Positions 1 to 12,068 of a stretch of DNA of 64,000 nt are shown here, piece after piece. This stretch comes from Mytilus trossulus. Its lineage: Eukaryota. Location of the stretch: positions 74,751,630 through 74,815,629 of the forward strand of contig NC_086376.1 in NCBI RefSeq assembly GCF_036588685.1. Reading direction: 5' to 3'. The notes beneath the pieces were generated by a model. That model was given only the letters and a program-made list of their open reading frames with translations, had not been told where the DNA came from and searched no databases. Both the position numbers and the translations under genes were made by a program. Within the stretch, counting starts at the first letter, position 1, and each line of letters begins with the position of its first letter.

Positions 1-200
1 GCCAATGAGACAACTCTTCACAAGAGACCAAAATGACACAGTAATTAACAACTAAAGGTCACCGTATGGCCTTCACCAATGAAAAAAAGTCCACATAGTT
101 CACATAAAAAAAAGACAAATGCAAGACCATCCAAACGAGAAAACTAACTGACTAATTTGTGTACAAAATAATAAACGAATAACAAATATGTTCCTTTTAT
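1..200 (+). repeat. Copy of a high-copy dispersed repeat (GCCAATGAGACAACT...GGTCACCGT..GCCTTCAACAATGA family)
   Basis: The same motif recurs at about 1520-1670 (reverse), 14050-14130, 19285-19460, 30415-30770, 34640-34720 (reverse), 48410-48670 (reverse), 50220-50290 and 53920-54150. Confidence 0.8.
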
Positions 201-2657
201 AGTGTGTTATAAGGTAAATGCCAAAAAATACTGTCCTAGTATTGTCAGCGCTTTTTCTAGTTTGATTATTTTTTAATTGCAGCTTACGATTAAGAAATTT
301 CACACAGCTATCGTTTATAATATTGCAGTATATCTTTTTCCAAAAATCTCGGGACCAGCTGTTTATTAAAGGGACGTTTATTAATTTATTTTTTAACTGA
401 TTCTAATCGGTGATGAAAATGTATTAAGGGTAAAAGGTTGCGGGTTTAATAACATTCCATGTTTAAGGTTTATTTTTAGGAAGTATTTTTTAAAAACCGT
501 CTATCAATTTAAAACTACTTGACCTAAATGGGAAATAATGTTATATGCTTAAAAAATAGTGGACTCAGGCCCTAGACGTCCCTATTATGTTAACTGAGTG
601 TGACACATGTCAATGACAGGAAGAATAAAAGATAGAATGCATCTCTTTTTTTATCTTTTAATCTTTCTGCATTATAATAAGTATAATTCTCAACAGGTCT
701 TTATTCAAGCTGACCTACAAACGTTTGTTTTGGTCCACTGATATTGCATTTCGTAATCCATTCAGCGATTTAAACTGATCATCAGTCTGTGTGGTTATAA
801 TCTATGTGGACCAACCTGCCGTATGTAATAAAAGTGCTAATTAGCTGCATAATTGTAGTATTTAGAGACACATTTTTCGTAATTTGGATAGCTAAACGTC
901 AAAAGGAGTAATACTGTCAAATATTTACTCAAATTAAGACTTATATTAAAACAACGACCGGACAATTATTTGTACATGGGAAGTTAAACACGTAAAAGGA
1001 AAGAAGTGAGTATTCTTTAATTTCCGAAATTTTTGTATTGGATAAGTTTTTAAAAACAAAATATTTTATATATTTTTCTTCTTTTTAAATTCGATAAAAA
1101 TACCAAAATACCCGAATCGATTCAGGAAACATGAACATTCATTACAATCATATTTGCAAGACGTTTTTTTTTTAATATTATATGTTAGTATTTAAAAATG
1201 CAATGATATTTTATAAAATATTCGAGTATATAAACATGTTGTCTACTTCTTTCATGTGTAGACCAATCCACGTTCCAGATTATTCATTTAGACAATTTTA
1301 TCTTCACGTAAAAATACCCCCAAAAAATAAATGAAACGTATAAGCTGTGTTCCTTTTCTATAATTCGAAAACAATATTCTAGCTCACCGTCTTTTCAAAT
1401 AGTTTATATTAATTAATGATATAAACAAATAATGTATAACGATGAAAATTAGACGGAGGTATTTACAGATATCCCCCCCCCCCCCCAATGTATTGAGAAA
1501 TGCAAATACCATTGTAAAGTAATTTTTGGGGTCCGTTATAGCTTGCTGTTCGGTGTCAGTCAATGCGCCGTGTTGAAGACCGTACTATTCTATATAATGT
1601 TTTTTTTCTTTTACAAATTGTGACTTGGATGGAAATTTGTCGCATTGGCACTCATACTTCATCTTCTTATAATTATATCTTTGTATAATTGGGACCGGTT
1701 TGTGACAAAACTTCGAAATGGGTGCAATTTGTATGACTATATTTATCTTTCAATTTTAAATTTCAAATAGGCTGACACCTTGAATGAAGTTGTAACATTT
1801 TTGTGGTCATCATAGTTACTCATTGATTAATGTCTTTGACATATAGTAGGTTTCAGCTAATAAAGAAAATCATTTGAAGTTAAGAAAGATATTAAGCTCT
1901 AAATTCAAAACAGAAATAACTGAAACATTCTTTCAAATTACAACTGCTTTCCAAAATCGTTCCTAACAAAAATCTCCATTTTAAACACATTTCTCTAGTA
2001 CAAGACTATCGATTTACATTAAGACAAAACATATATCCCCAGGCTCTGAAAAAAATCCGGACATGCAGATTTAACCGGCTATTTCTAGTATTTTACTGGT
2101 TTTTCTTCTGGGACATAATAGCTCGCTCGGACAGTAAAAAGATTAAGCTTTTAATAAAAATAGAAATCTTTCATCAGATCCGCTTCAAATGTTTTTATTT
2201 CAAATAATTTGCCTTAAGAAATACGATTTATTTTCCCACACAATGCTGGTATTGTAATGTTTTCTCGGGTACCTGGTATCGGGTTCAGAAACTCTCATTA
2301 GTGTACATGCTCTTGATCTTTACTGTATTATAACTACTTTAGATGAAGTGTGTACTTTAAAATTCAGGTAGGTGGAATCTATAATTATATGAGGGTAGTA
2401 GATATTCATCGTGTGAAGACTTTATTCGTTTGCTTGTCATTTCTCTATTCCTCAAGTTTCCAGTTGGGAAGTCAACATGAACCTTAAATGAAAGGTGTTT
2501 GAGTATCAAATTTCGTGCCCTCCGGACTACCTAAACATCATAATTGATTAAATTGTAATCTTGCTTTACAATGCTGCATGTTCTTCTGGGTATATTTTTC
2601 AGATATATTTTTCAGATATACCTAAGACCAAAATCGGATGTAGAAAGTTTGTAATGC

Positions 2658-2958
2658 TTTTATGCTCCGACCCCCACGAGGGACAATAAGGTTAACCATT
2701 GTCAGTCCGTACGTCTGTCTGTTGGTCCGTACATTTACCTGTCTATCCGTAGGTCCCGAAATTGTTTTCAGTTCTCTTACTAAGTTTGACTCAACCAAAT
2801 GTTATATAACAAAAACATAATGTAGCTTGCTCATAACCACAAACCTCAGATCAAGTTCTTATTTTATTGTCGCCACTTTTATTGTTCTGGTGTTATGCCC
2901 CTTCATTACTGTATATGCAAGCGGGGATCATCTGTGTCCCACGGACACATTCTAAATG
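2658..2958 (+). mobile_element. Short non-autonomous Helentron-type (HINE/DINE-like) element
   Basis: Starts in a T-run, has a (GTCC/GTCT)n microsatellite near the 5' end and ends in a TGTGTCC-CAC-GGACACA hairpin. Confidence 0.55.
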
Positions 2959-3726
2959 TTTGTCATAAGCAAAGCGTGGACCAAGGATCTTTATTTCAAT
3001 CGGTTTGATTTTCTCATCACTTGAATTGTTCACATTTGATTTACTCTAAATCCTACAATCATATCAATTCAAATCCATCCAGAATAGAAACAGGTCACGG
3101 TGATCCAGTTTGTGTACGTTGCTAAAATGTCAGTTTTGATGTTTGCCTCAATATAACAGTCGTGCTGGAGTTACATCAAGAAAGAAAAAATCCATTAAAA
3201 CCGGTGCCAGTGACCTTCTTAAACTTGCACTCAGTGAGTGAGGTGACACATTATGCTTCGTGTAGATGTCTTCACTGTGACTTTGAAATGAAGAACCGCA
3301 ATTAAAGATCTAGCTCTTGCGCTTTTTTATATGCCCTTCAAAACTTTGACCGGACGTTTTATGGTATACAAATGTCCAGCGTCCGTCCGTCTGTATGTAT
3401 GTATGTATGTCCGGCTTTCACATGCCACGGTGCGACCATAACTTGAGAACCGTTATCAAAATGTCATGAAACTTAACATATAGTTGTTTCTTATGATGGT
3501 CAAACGATCTGTATACTTTTTGAGTTAGGAGCTTTTATAACTAAAACAGGTGTGCGTTTTTCTCTCTCGCATGTACGCCGTATCTCAAAACGATTTATGA
3601 TGTATTTTGCTTCAAACTTTACACATTTCTTATTTATATTAATATCAAGATCTGTATACTTTTTGATGATGTCAGATTCAAAATTTTATTTATTGAGGGG
3701 GGGGGTTCACATATCGCACTAATGAC

Positions 3727-5022
3727 CAGGGGCGTAGCTAGAAAGAAACGACGTGGAAGCAACTACCGCCGAGCGGAGCGAGGCGAAAAATTTTTGAAAC
3801 CCTATTATCGCGGCAGAACTTTTTTTTTCGGTTTTGGGGTCATAGGACGGTTAAAAGAGGCGCTATATGTAAATTAAAATTCATGAATGAAAAACTATTA
3901 ATTATATAAATCTTCTGAATAGAGTTATGTATAAACAACACATATTTGTGATACAGAATCTACTCAAAACTGTCCAATATCTGCTCTATGGGTCTGGGCA
4001 GAAACAAACTTCTCTATTACTTTGTCAATATTTACACTGAAGTCCCGATGAATATGCAGTATTTCTATGTAACGGTCGTTGTTCATTGTTGATCCTACAT
4101 TTGTTGTCAATTGCATACGTAGTACCGTGGTTGATAGATCTCCATCATGGCATGGTAGCACTCGCAAGATGTTATAAACCAGCGTACGTGTTCGGCATCG
4201 AGCGACCTCCCAATCGAATTCGCCAAAATTACATGCCAAGTCAGTTTCATATGTCTCAGACAAATTTCTGATAATACTTGGCGCGATTCCACTCTCCAGT
4301 TCCCTTATCATATGATATATGAACGCAAAAAAAATAATGAGACTTTCCAATACTGCTTTGACGTAGTTGCAGGGTAATTGGCTCCGGTAGTCAGTGGACC
4401 ACATCGCCTCGGCATATTTTTTAACGATATCGAAGGGATCTGATAATTCTAATGCCGATTGGTACATCTCATTACAAACTGATGAACTGTACACTGTAAA
4501 ATTTGCATCAAAACTTCATGTTTTAGACTGAGTATTACAAATTCAAATCTTGTTAAATATACAAGCTAGTTACTTCCGATTTTGTCATAACCTCCAAAAT
4601 AAAAATTATTTTGAAACGTTATTTAATGTTATGTCATCGATAAAAAGAGTGACAACATAGTTCTTTCCTTTAACATTCAATTTATAAATTTTTATTTTGC
4701 CATTTCTTTCTTGCTTGCCGAATCCATGTGCACGCAATTGTGTGTTAGCGTATAGGGAGCTACGATCTTTTTCTGCATGACTCGAAAACTTGTTACTATG
4801 TTGTCAAATTAATATCCGGGATAGATGGATAGACTACAACAGTCTCCGAACGATAAACAAATATCATAATCATAATAGTCTTAGTTAATACATACATCAC
4901 GCTGTCCGATTCCGATTAACCAACTCATCTCTCTCTCTTCTGTTTTTTTTTTTTTTTTTTTTTTTTTTGTGAAAACGACGTGGAAGCACGTGCTGTCGTG
5001 CCTCCGGGTAGCTACGCCCCTG
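3727..5022 (-). mobile_element. hAT-like DNA transposon derivative with 5-bp TSD (hAT5-type), 1296 bp
   Basis: Perfect 14-bp TIR CAGGGGCGTAGCTA / TAGCTACGCCCCTG; TSD ATGAC at 3722-3726 and 5023-5027; 16-bp subterminal direct repeat AAACGACGTGGAAGCA at 3746 and 4973. Confidence 0.85.
3964..4493 (-). CDS. Diverged hAT transposase C-terminal (dimerisation-domain-like) ORF inside the hAT element
   Basis: The C-terminus LTTNVGSTMNNDRYIEILHIHRDFSVNIDKVIEKF resembles the LKTYLRSTM..ERL..L..L.IHRD..ID.D.VID.F pattern of THAP12/ZMYM1-type hAT transposases. The frame opens right after a TTTTACAG acceptor-like site. Confidence 0.5.
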
Positions 5023-5297
5023 ATGACTATTGCTTAAAACTTACACACTTTTAGTTATATTAACCTAAAGATCTGTATATGTAATGATGATTCAAAAATT
5101 TATATTAGAGTTATTGAGTTTTTTGTAAAAGAAAAAGGCGTGATTCATATGTCGCGCCCTATCTCCGAAACTGTTTATATGATTATTGCATAAAACTTCA
5201 CACACAAGACGAAGGGCGTATCATGCGCTCATGGCGCAGCTGTTTATTGCTGTTCATACATTTAGTTTGTGTCGTGGATAGACACTACATATCGAAT

Positions 5298-5440
5298 ATG
5301 GGGACCAACTGAAGCCCGCCTCCGGATGTCGGGACTTTTTCGCTGTGTTAAAGACCCATTGGTCACCTCTGGTTGTTTTCTGCCCTTGGGTAGGGTCGTT
5401 ATTCTTTGACACATTTTCCATTCCCAATGTCAATTTTATT
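5298..5440 (-). repeat. Copy of a second dispersed repeat family (AATTGAGAATGGAAATGGGGAATGTGTC.AAGAGACAACAACCC)
   Basis: Related copies at about 8923-9022 (reverse), 54525-54835 and 60926-61097. Confidence 0.7.
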
Positions 5441-6045
5441 AGGTCTCTTTGATATAAATATGAATGTTCCCTTTTTGTAAATCATAAAAAAACCGACGCA
5501 AATTCTTTAACTTTTTGGATACTTTGTTTCGTGACTCGTATGAGATGTACTTGTAAAATCTATTTAATTTTAAATTCCATAAAATAGATTAACCTGCAAA
5601 ATTTCTCAAGAAAAAAAGTTTTACTTGGTCAATGGACCTTACAGTTTCGATAAACAAAATAATTGCTACCTTTGTGAAATGTAACCGATTAGTTAAATTC
5701 GAGCGACAAATTGGCGAGTCTGATAAAACGATTTGAACAATTACCACATAAAAGTACAGTACAACTGGAAACAAAAGATGCATGCGATCCCGAACAAAAC
5801 ATAATAAATAAATATAAAGTTTTCTTAATTTTTTGCTTCCTGCTTAAAAAAAAACCCATGTCCTAAAGCTTGTTTTAATTCAAAATTCCCGTCGTGTTGA
5901 ATAGTAAGTCATTTATTCTACAAAAAAAACAATCCCAAGTAAACCTTAAGATGCACAACACATATATAATTACATTTTGATCATATATCTATGATTTGTA
6001 ACAGTATTAAACTATTTTTGTTTGTTTCAGATCTTAAAAAAAGTC

Positions 6046-6615
6046 ATGCAAACTCAAAAGACGACACGAGGATTTTCTGTCCGAGCGTTTTCAGAAGGTC
6101 TGAAGAGGAGGCTATCCCCAAAGGGAAAAGAAATACAACAACCGAAAGGAATACTTCGGAACAACTCATCTGAATCTATATCATGTGTTTACTGTGATCA
6201 AAACAATAATACCAGATCTTACACAGGAACAGATACTCTCCGCAGCCGGATTGGCAATATACCAGGATGCCAGACGTGTGCAGCAATGAATACGGACAAT
6301 TCGTCTAAAAAGAGCGTTAGATTTAACACCGTTGTTCGGGAGAGGAACTACATAAGATCGGATGAGGAAAATCCGACAAACAGGAAGTACAGAAAAGTTT
6401 CATCGGACTATAATAGTGCAAAAACCACAAAACCTTGCTTTCAAGCAGCAATGTTCGCATGCAGTATATGTCACATAACAATGAAAACTGAGAGTGAATT
6501 CATAACACATCAAAGAAAACATGGAATGAATAACACTCAAATTTTCCAATATCAGATGCCACACCAGTACCAGGATTATAGACCAATATCCCCACACATG
6601 TTTGTTCGACAGTAG
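6046..6615 (+). CDS. Uncharacterised 189-aa protein with one C2H2 zinc finger and PP1-docking-like motifs
   Basis: Acceptor TTTGTTTCAG ends at 6030 and ATG is at 6046 (implies an upstream non-coding exon). C2H2 finger FACSICHITMKTESEFITHQRKH; KGILR and KKSVRF motifs. Confidence 0.6.
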   Translation: MQTQKTTRGFSVRAFSEGLKRRLSPKGKEIQQPKGILRNNSSESISCVYCDQNNNTRSYTGTDTLRSRIGNIPGCQTCAAMNTDNSSKKSVRFNTVVRERNYIRSDEENPTNRKYRKVSSDYNSAKTTKPCFQAAMFACSICHITMKTESEFITHQRKHGMNNTQIFQYQMPHQYQDYRPISPHMFVRQ

Positions 6616-6932
6616 GCCGATTTGGCTACATATGTTTGTTCGGCAGTAGACCAATATCGCCACCAATATTTGTTCGACAAGAGGCCAATTTCGCCACACA
6701 TGTTTGTTCGACGGTTGGACAAAATCGATACTTCGACAGTAGGCCAATTTCACCACAAATGTTTTCTCGACAGTAGGCCAATTTCGTCACAAATGTTTTC
6801 TCAACAGTAGGCCAATTTCGCCACTAATGCTTGTCTGACAGTAGACCAAATGCGCCAAACATGTTTGTTCGGCAGAAGACACAAATGCTTGTTCGACAGT
6901 AGACCAAATGCGCCATAAATGTTTGTTCCGCA
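6579..6932 (+). repeat. 34-bp minisatellite, about 11 degenerate copies (TAGGCCAATTTCGCCACACATGTTTGTTCGACAG)
   Basis: Units visible at about 6579, 6613, 6647, 6681, 6740, 6774, 6808 and 6842, plus shortened units. Confidence 0.9.
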
Positions 6933-7639
6933 ATCATGCAATGTTTGTGATTTTTTAAAATCTAGTCGTTATAAAAAACAATTATGTTCAAGATAAAATG
7001 TATAGCATTTATTGCGTATAGAAAGGAGCAGAGTTTAAAATTTTAAATGCATGAAAGTAAACCAACTGTGATTGTCGTCAAAACTTTACAACTATGATGT
7101 TTTACGAATCATCGTGCACAACTTTTTAATATAAATCATTTTATCAAATTTTTAAAGTGAAGTTTATGCATGTAACGAGAAGACAGCATGACTATCAAGA
7201 CATCTGCATTATTTAAATATTTTCGATTTTAAATGTAACACATTTTAAAACATATTTTATGTACTAATGTATTAAATATTAAAATAATGAGTTCCTTTTA
7301 TTGAAAATTTAAAAATCTCGCAAATGACAAATTTGACACATCAAAATAACACTATCATTGCATTCACTTTATTTATGATCACAAAAAAATGTAGGTGGAT
7401 ATACTTGTCATACCGCCTACGGAAATTTGGTATCAATGCAACACACTTTAATATGAACCTGTACTTAAATATGAACAGGCGGAAACCTAGTTGAAATCAA
7501 ACAAGAGAAACGGAACTCTTTGTTAAAGCAGGGGAAACAAGCCAAATTGGTGTATTTAAACTTTCGAAAATTCCACCTGACATCAAATATAATTGGCCTA
7601 TTCCTAATAGAATTAGAAAAACCAAAAAAAAAAAAAATA

Positions 7640-8856
7640 ACATTGGGCAATGAACCGTAAAAATATGAAGGTCAAGGTCAAATAAAATATCCTTGACCTA
7701 TTGTATACAGTATAAGAACAATAGACAAAAGTACAAACACTTAACTTTAACCACTGAAGCATGACAATAAGGTCAAGGTAAGATAAAAAGTAAAAACACA
7801 AAAATACCGAACTCCGAGGAAAATTCAAAAGGAAAATCCAAAATCAAAAGATGACACCTATTAGATGGACATGTACTCCTCACAATCATCCCAAATTGGA
7901 ACTATTTACAACTTGTAATACTGTAACGCAAGAACACCGGATAGTATCGATGAAGGGCAGAAGTTACCGTTTAGAAAGAAATCACTATATCGGGAAGATG
8001 TCAATCATTCAATACATTAAATATAGTTGACCTTTTGCTTATAGTTTAAGAACAAACAAAAACTTAACACTGAGCAATGAACTGTGAAAATGAGGTGACG
8101 GTCAAATAAAACCTGCGACTGACATGTTCATCATAAAATATTTCCATACGCCAAATCTACAATGTAGTTGGCCTGTTGCATTTAGTGCTAGAAAAAAAAG
8201 ACAAAAACTCAAAAAATATAACTTTGACCACTGAACCATGAAAATGATGTCAAAACGGTCAGATGAAAACTGCCAGCAAGACCTGTACACCTTACAATCA
8301 TTCCACACACAAAATTTGTTAGACCTATTGCATTCAGTATAAGAAAAACCGACATAAACTCAAAAACTTAACTATATCCACTGAACCATGAAAATGAGTT
8401 CAAGGTCAAATGACATTGCAAGTTGGACTTGTAAACCTAACATTCCTTCCATACACTGAATATACTGTACCTATGGCTTATAGTATCTTAGATATGGACT
8501 TGACACCCGAAACTAAACCTTGTTCACTGATCTATGAAATGTGGTCCAGGTCAAATGAAGACCATCTGAACGCACATATTAAATATAGTTATCTTATTAC
8601 TCATGATGAAAAAGAAATTAACAAAACAAAAAATCTTAACTTGGCTTATTTTTTCAAGTAGTCACTGAACAATGAAAATGAGGTCAAGGACAATGGACAT
8701 GTATCAAACAAAAACTTTTAACATAAGGCATATGTATACAAAGTATGAGGCATCCAGGTCTTCCACCTTCTTAAATATAAAGCTTTAAAGAAGTTAGTTG
8801 ACGCCGCTGTCGCCGCCGGATTACTTTCCCTATGTCGAGCTTTCTGCGACAAAAAT
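7640..8856 (-). mobile_element. Degenerate Helentron-type element with an internal array of about 150-bp units
   Basis: CACTGAACCATGAAAATGAGGTCAAGGTCA recurs at about 7650, 7752, 8075, 8229, 8379, 8525 and 8663; GCC-type microsatellite and terminal-like sequence at 8800-8856. Confidence 0.6.
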
Positions 8857-10126
8857 GAAAAAAGGTCATATATTTTAAAAACTTTTCTACAATACATGTG
8901 AACTGCAAATACTTAAGTTCATAGCTACATTGAAGACCTGTTGGTGACCTTCTGCTGTTGTTTTTTTTATTTGGTCGGGTTGTTGTCTCTTTGACACATT
9001 CCCCATTTCCATTCTCAATTTTATCAATCACAAGTAAAATATGGAAACAGAAAAAAATTATCAGGATACCGTCTTTTGTCATAAACACTGTTGTTAAACA
9101 TATATCTGATACATGTAAGTACAACAAAACAACAATATGCATGCCAAAACTTATGATCGCTTGATTTTTAATTCGACTCATAGTACACGATTTCATAAAT
9201 CACCTATTTTGGTTTAAATAAATAGGTGTTGTGAAAATGCTACAGAACAAGTTATATATCCTTGATGTAATGACGCTGTTCGCATTAATTTACTATCCAT
9301 CTTATGATATTTTTAGGAAGTGTCATAACTTATTAATATATAAAAAGTTGTTGATAAAAAAAAGTAATCCAGGCAAAATACGGATTTTACTTTTTTTGCA
9401 ATTTTCCGTGTTTTTTTTTTAAAGATGAAAATAACTTCTTTGAAGTAAATATAGATAGTTTGATGTTAAAGTTTGTGAGACAACATTTACTTTGTCAAAC
9501 AATTATAGAATTTCATTAAACTTAAGCAGAAGCCTTTTTTTATGATTAAGCCGGTATAACTGCGTGTCTGCCATGAATAAAAAAAAATAAGCATTAAATT
9601 TATTTGTTTTATTATTCTGTCACTGTATTAACTAATTGAAAATATTTTTGTTGTAGTTAGGTTCAGATTTAGCTACAACCTCAGGGTGGTCATTTATTTT
9701 AATAACTTTGTTAAGTCTTCATGTCAGGTATTAACATTGACAGAATTCTTTTCAAAATACAGATGTAGCATCTAGAGTAACAAGTCGATTTTGTTTCAGA
9801 CACATAAACTCAGACTCAAGTCATGACCGTCAACTTGACACTTTAATCTGACAGCAGCAACACAATATTTCGCGAAACAATTGTCGACTTTTGTATCAAA
9901 TTATTCATTAGAAGTATATCCACTTTACTTTTAAACCTTAAAGACTTTTCTTCAAACCTTACAAATAAGAACTTTTCATTTAAAATTATAAACCTCGTGT
10001 ACATGTTTTACTTTTATGGCCAATTTAGGTATTAGAAGTATACCTGTTGGTAAGCGAGTTGGAAATTAAAGACATTATTTTACCTTTTTATTTGTGTTAT
10101 TTATGAGAAAAACAAATCATAGATTA

Positions 10127-12068
10127 CTAAAATGAAAGTTCCGTTCTATCGTATGTAAAGAATTTCCCGGTATCTTCTACACTCAAGGAGTCAATAACTT
10201 CAAGCATCATTCTAACAGATTCTTCAGTACTGAACAGTTTGGGAACACCTTTGTGATATGGACGAGACAGGTCGGTATCTACAGTACCCGGATGTAAAGA
10301 TATACATGTGATTTTATTTTTCCCACGTCCAAGCTCTATGCTAAGATTTTTAGTAGTCATGTTGAGAGCAGCTTTAGACAGCCTGTAACTGTACCAGCCA
10401 CCAAGACCTGAAATGAAAGTCAGCAAGATTGTTATTGGTTCACATGACACGAAACACTCAAGTTTTAACATATCTTAACAGTAAATTATGACATGATTGT
10501 AACCTGCTAAAATAAGACATATCTGCAATGTGCATGGTTGAATAAATTGTTGTTCAGATTGTCTTTCACAGGATATGATTGGTCAAGCATAGGTTCAAAA
10601 TTTTCCGTAGGGACCTATTTTAATTTCAATTATTCTCTCTTCAGAACGATTAAAGCAGTATTTACTGATAGTCGAGATGATTACGACCGGCTTTGCTCTT
10701 ACCGACACAACTAAGCAAGCAACGAAAGGAGAGACGGCCTTGTTTTAGCTAACTTATCCAAGTTTTAACTAAATAACGAAGTCGGGCTATGAAGATTAAA
10801 CTCAGCAAATGATTGCAAATAACTCTTTATTAATTTCGTGCGTCCGAAGCGCTTTTCCAGATTTACATCCATACATTTCTCCAGAAAAGCCCCAAACCCA
10901 ATTTATTTTCCATTGGTACCAAAGCACAGACTACTGAGCTGATGAAACCATCGGGGACTAACAGTCCATCATGACATCAGTGGTTTAAATCAAATGCTAG
11001 TAAAATGACCATTTAGTTTGATCTGCTCTTCAATATTTCTATTAGATATTGGATATATAAATATGTTTTGGCCTGATCATCACCGAAGAGACATTAAATG
11101 TCGAAATGTGTATCTGGTGCATCAAAGTGTGTACAATCAATGTTGTTGTTTTTGCTCACCATTATCTGTAATTGACCCAACTTTAGCAGACATGTTGACA
11201 AGAACACCCGTATGTTTAGAAGGTTGTTTCCCAATGTCACCATTTCCTTTCTTTAGAAGAGGAGCAAAGAATTTGGCCATTATCAATGGTCCTATTGTGT
11301 TTGTAGCAAATGTCTGACTCAGTCCCTGTAGAGAGAAAAATAAGTCCAGAAAATCGAAATATTTTTTTATTTTTCAAAATTTTTAAATGTATTATTGCTA
11401 ACACCAAATTGCTTTAACAGTCTAAACTTCAAGTTGAATGATTTTCCATTGCCATTGCTTAGACAGAAGGAGCTGTTTTCCGTGTGACTATCAATTTAAG
11501 GCCATAGTTGCATTAAAAACAGTAAAATCAAACTGCAGCATAAAAAACCGTGGAATATTGGATAGAAGAGACATGCTATATAGAACAAAGTGAAATGTTT
11601 GTTGCAAATCAAATTCTTATATATTCCGTTTTGTTATTTTAAATTATCTTTACAAGTGTTCATTTGGAATTGTTTTGGGCGATGGCTTATGAATTAAACA
11701 TTTATTTCTTAGACGTGGCACATAATGGTAGTGGATATCTTTACCTCTTCCGTAACATCTCTCAAACTGGTTTCCCCTTTCCCCGATGGATGCAGCATTC
11801 CAGCTGAATTGATTAACAAATCGAGTCGTCCATAGCTTTCAGTTGTCTTGTTGCATACGTTTTCAATGTCTGTCGTCTTGGTAACATCTAGCTGGTGTAT
11901 GTGTAGTCTGTTGGGTACATCACTCTGTAGTTGTAACAGTTCACTGGCTTTGTCTGGAGATCTGCATGTAGCAATAACCACTGACTGTGGATCCCTTGAT
12001 AATAAAGTCCTACAAAACTGCAGACCAATTCCTTTACTGGCTCCTTGTATCAGTGATATCGTAGTCAT
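10127..12068 (-). CDS. CsgA/C-factor-like short-chain dehydrogenase/reductase, 256 aa
   Basis: Exons 12068-11745, 11325-11160 and 10407-10127 join in frame with GT-AG introns (771 nt). Rossmann motif QGASKGIG, NSAG, catalytic YRLSK, LHPGTVDTDLS. An acceptor at 12089-12088 implies an upstream 5'UTR exon. Confidence 0.93.
11078..11119 (+). ncRNA. Degenerate minimal type I hammerhead ribozyme motif (Penelope-element type)
   Basis: CATCA-CCGAAGA-GACA(TTAAA)TGTC-GAAA-TGTGTA-TC-TGGTG: stems I and II pair; the core has U4->C and loop 3 is no longer palindromic. Confidence 0.5.

Larger units (their letters stand above)
3325..5245 (+). mobile_element. Helentron-type non-autonomous element interrupted by a hAT-like insertion
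   Basis: Sub-terminal IR TATGCCCTTC (about 3330) / GAAGGGCGTA (5211-5220), GTCC/GTAT microsatellite, internal degenerate tandem units, 3' hairpin GCGC-TCATG-GCGC followed by TTT. Confidence 0.65.

Noticed and set aside
6622-6810. 62-aa ORF or stop-codon read-through extension
   Set aside because: Lies entirely in the minisatellite, has a non-ATG start and no recognised read-through context.
6579-6932. CRISPR-like array (about 34-bp periodicity)
   Set aside because: Units are contiguous with no unique spacers, the context is eukaryotic and there are no cas genes; it is a minisatellite.
8771-9196. 141-aa ORF (and similar ORFs at 54428-54634 and 60862-61131)
   Set aside because: These translate dispersed non-coding repeats ([13 protein letters not shown]...), not genes.
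10127-12068. Recent horizontal transfer of a bacterial csgA-like gene
   Set aside because: It has spliceosomal introns and host-like composition, and similar SDRs occur in other animals; a phylogeny would be needed to claim more.
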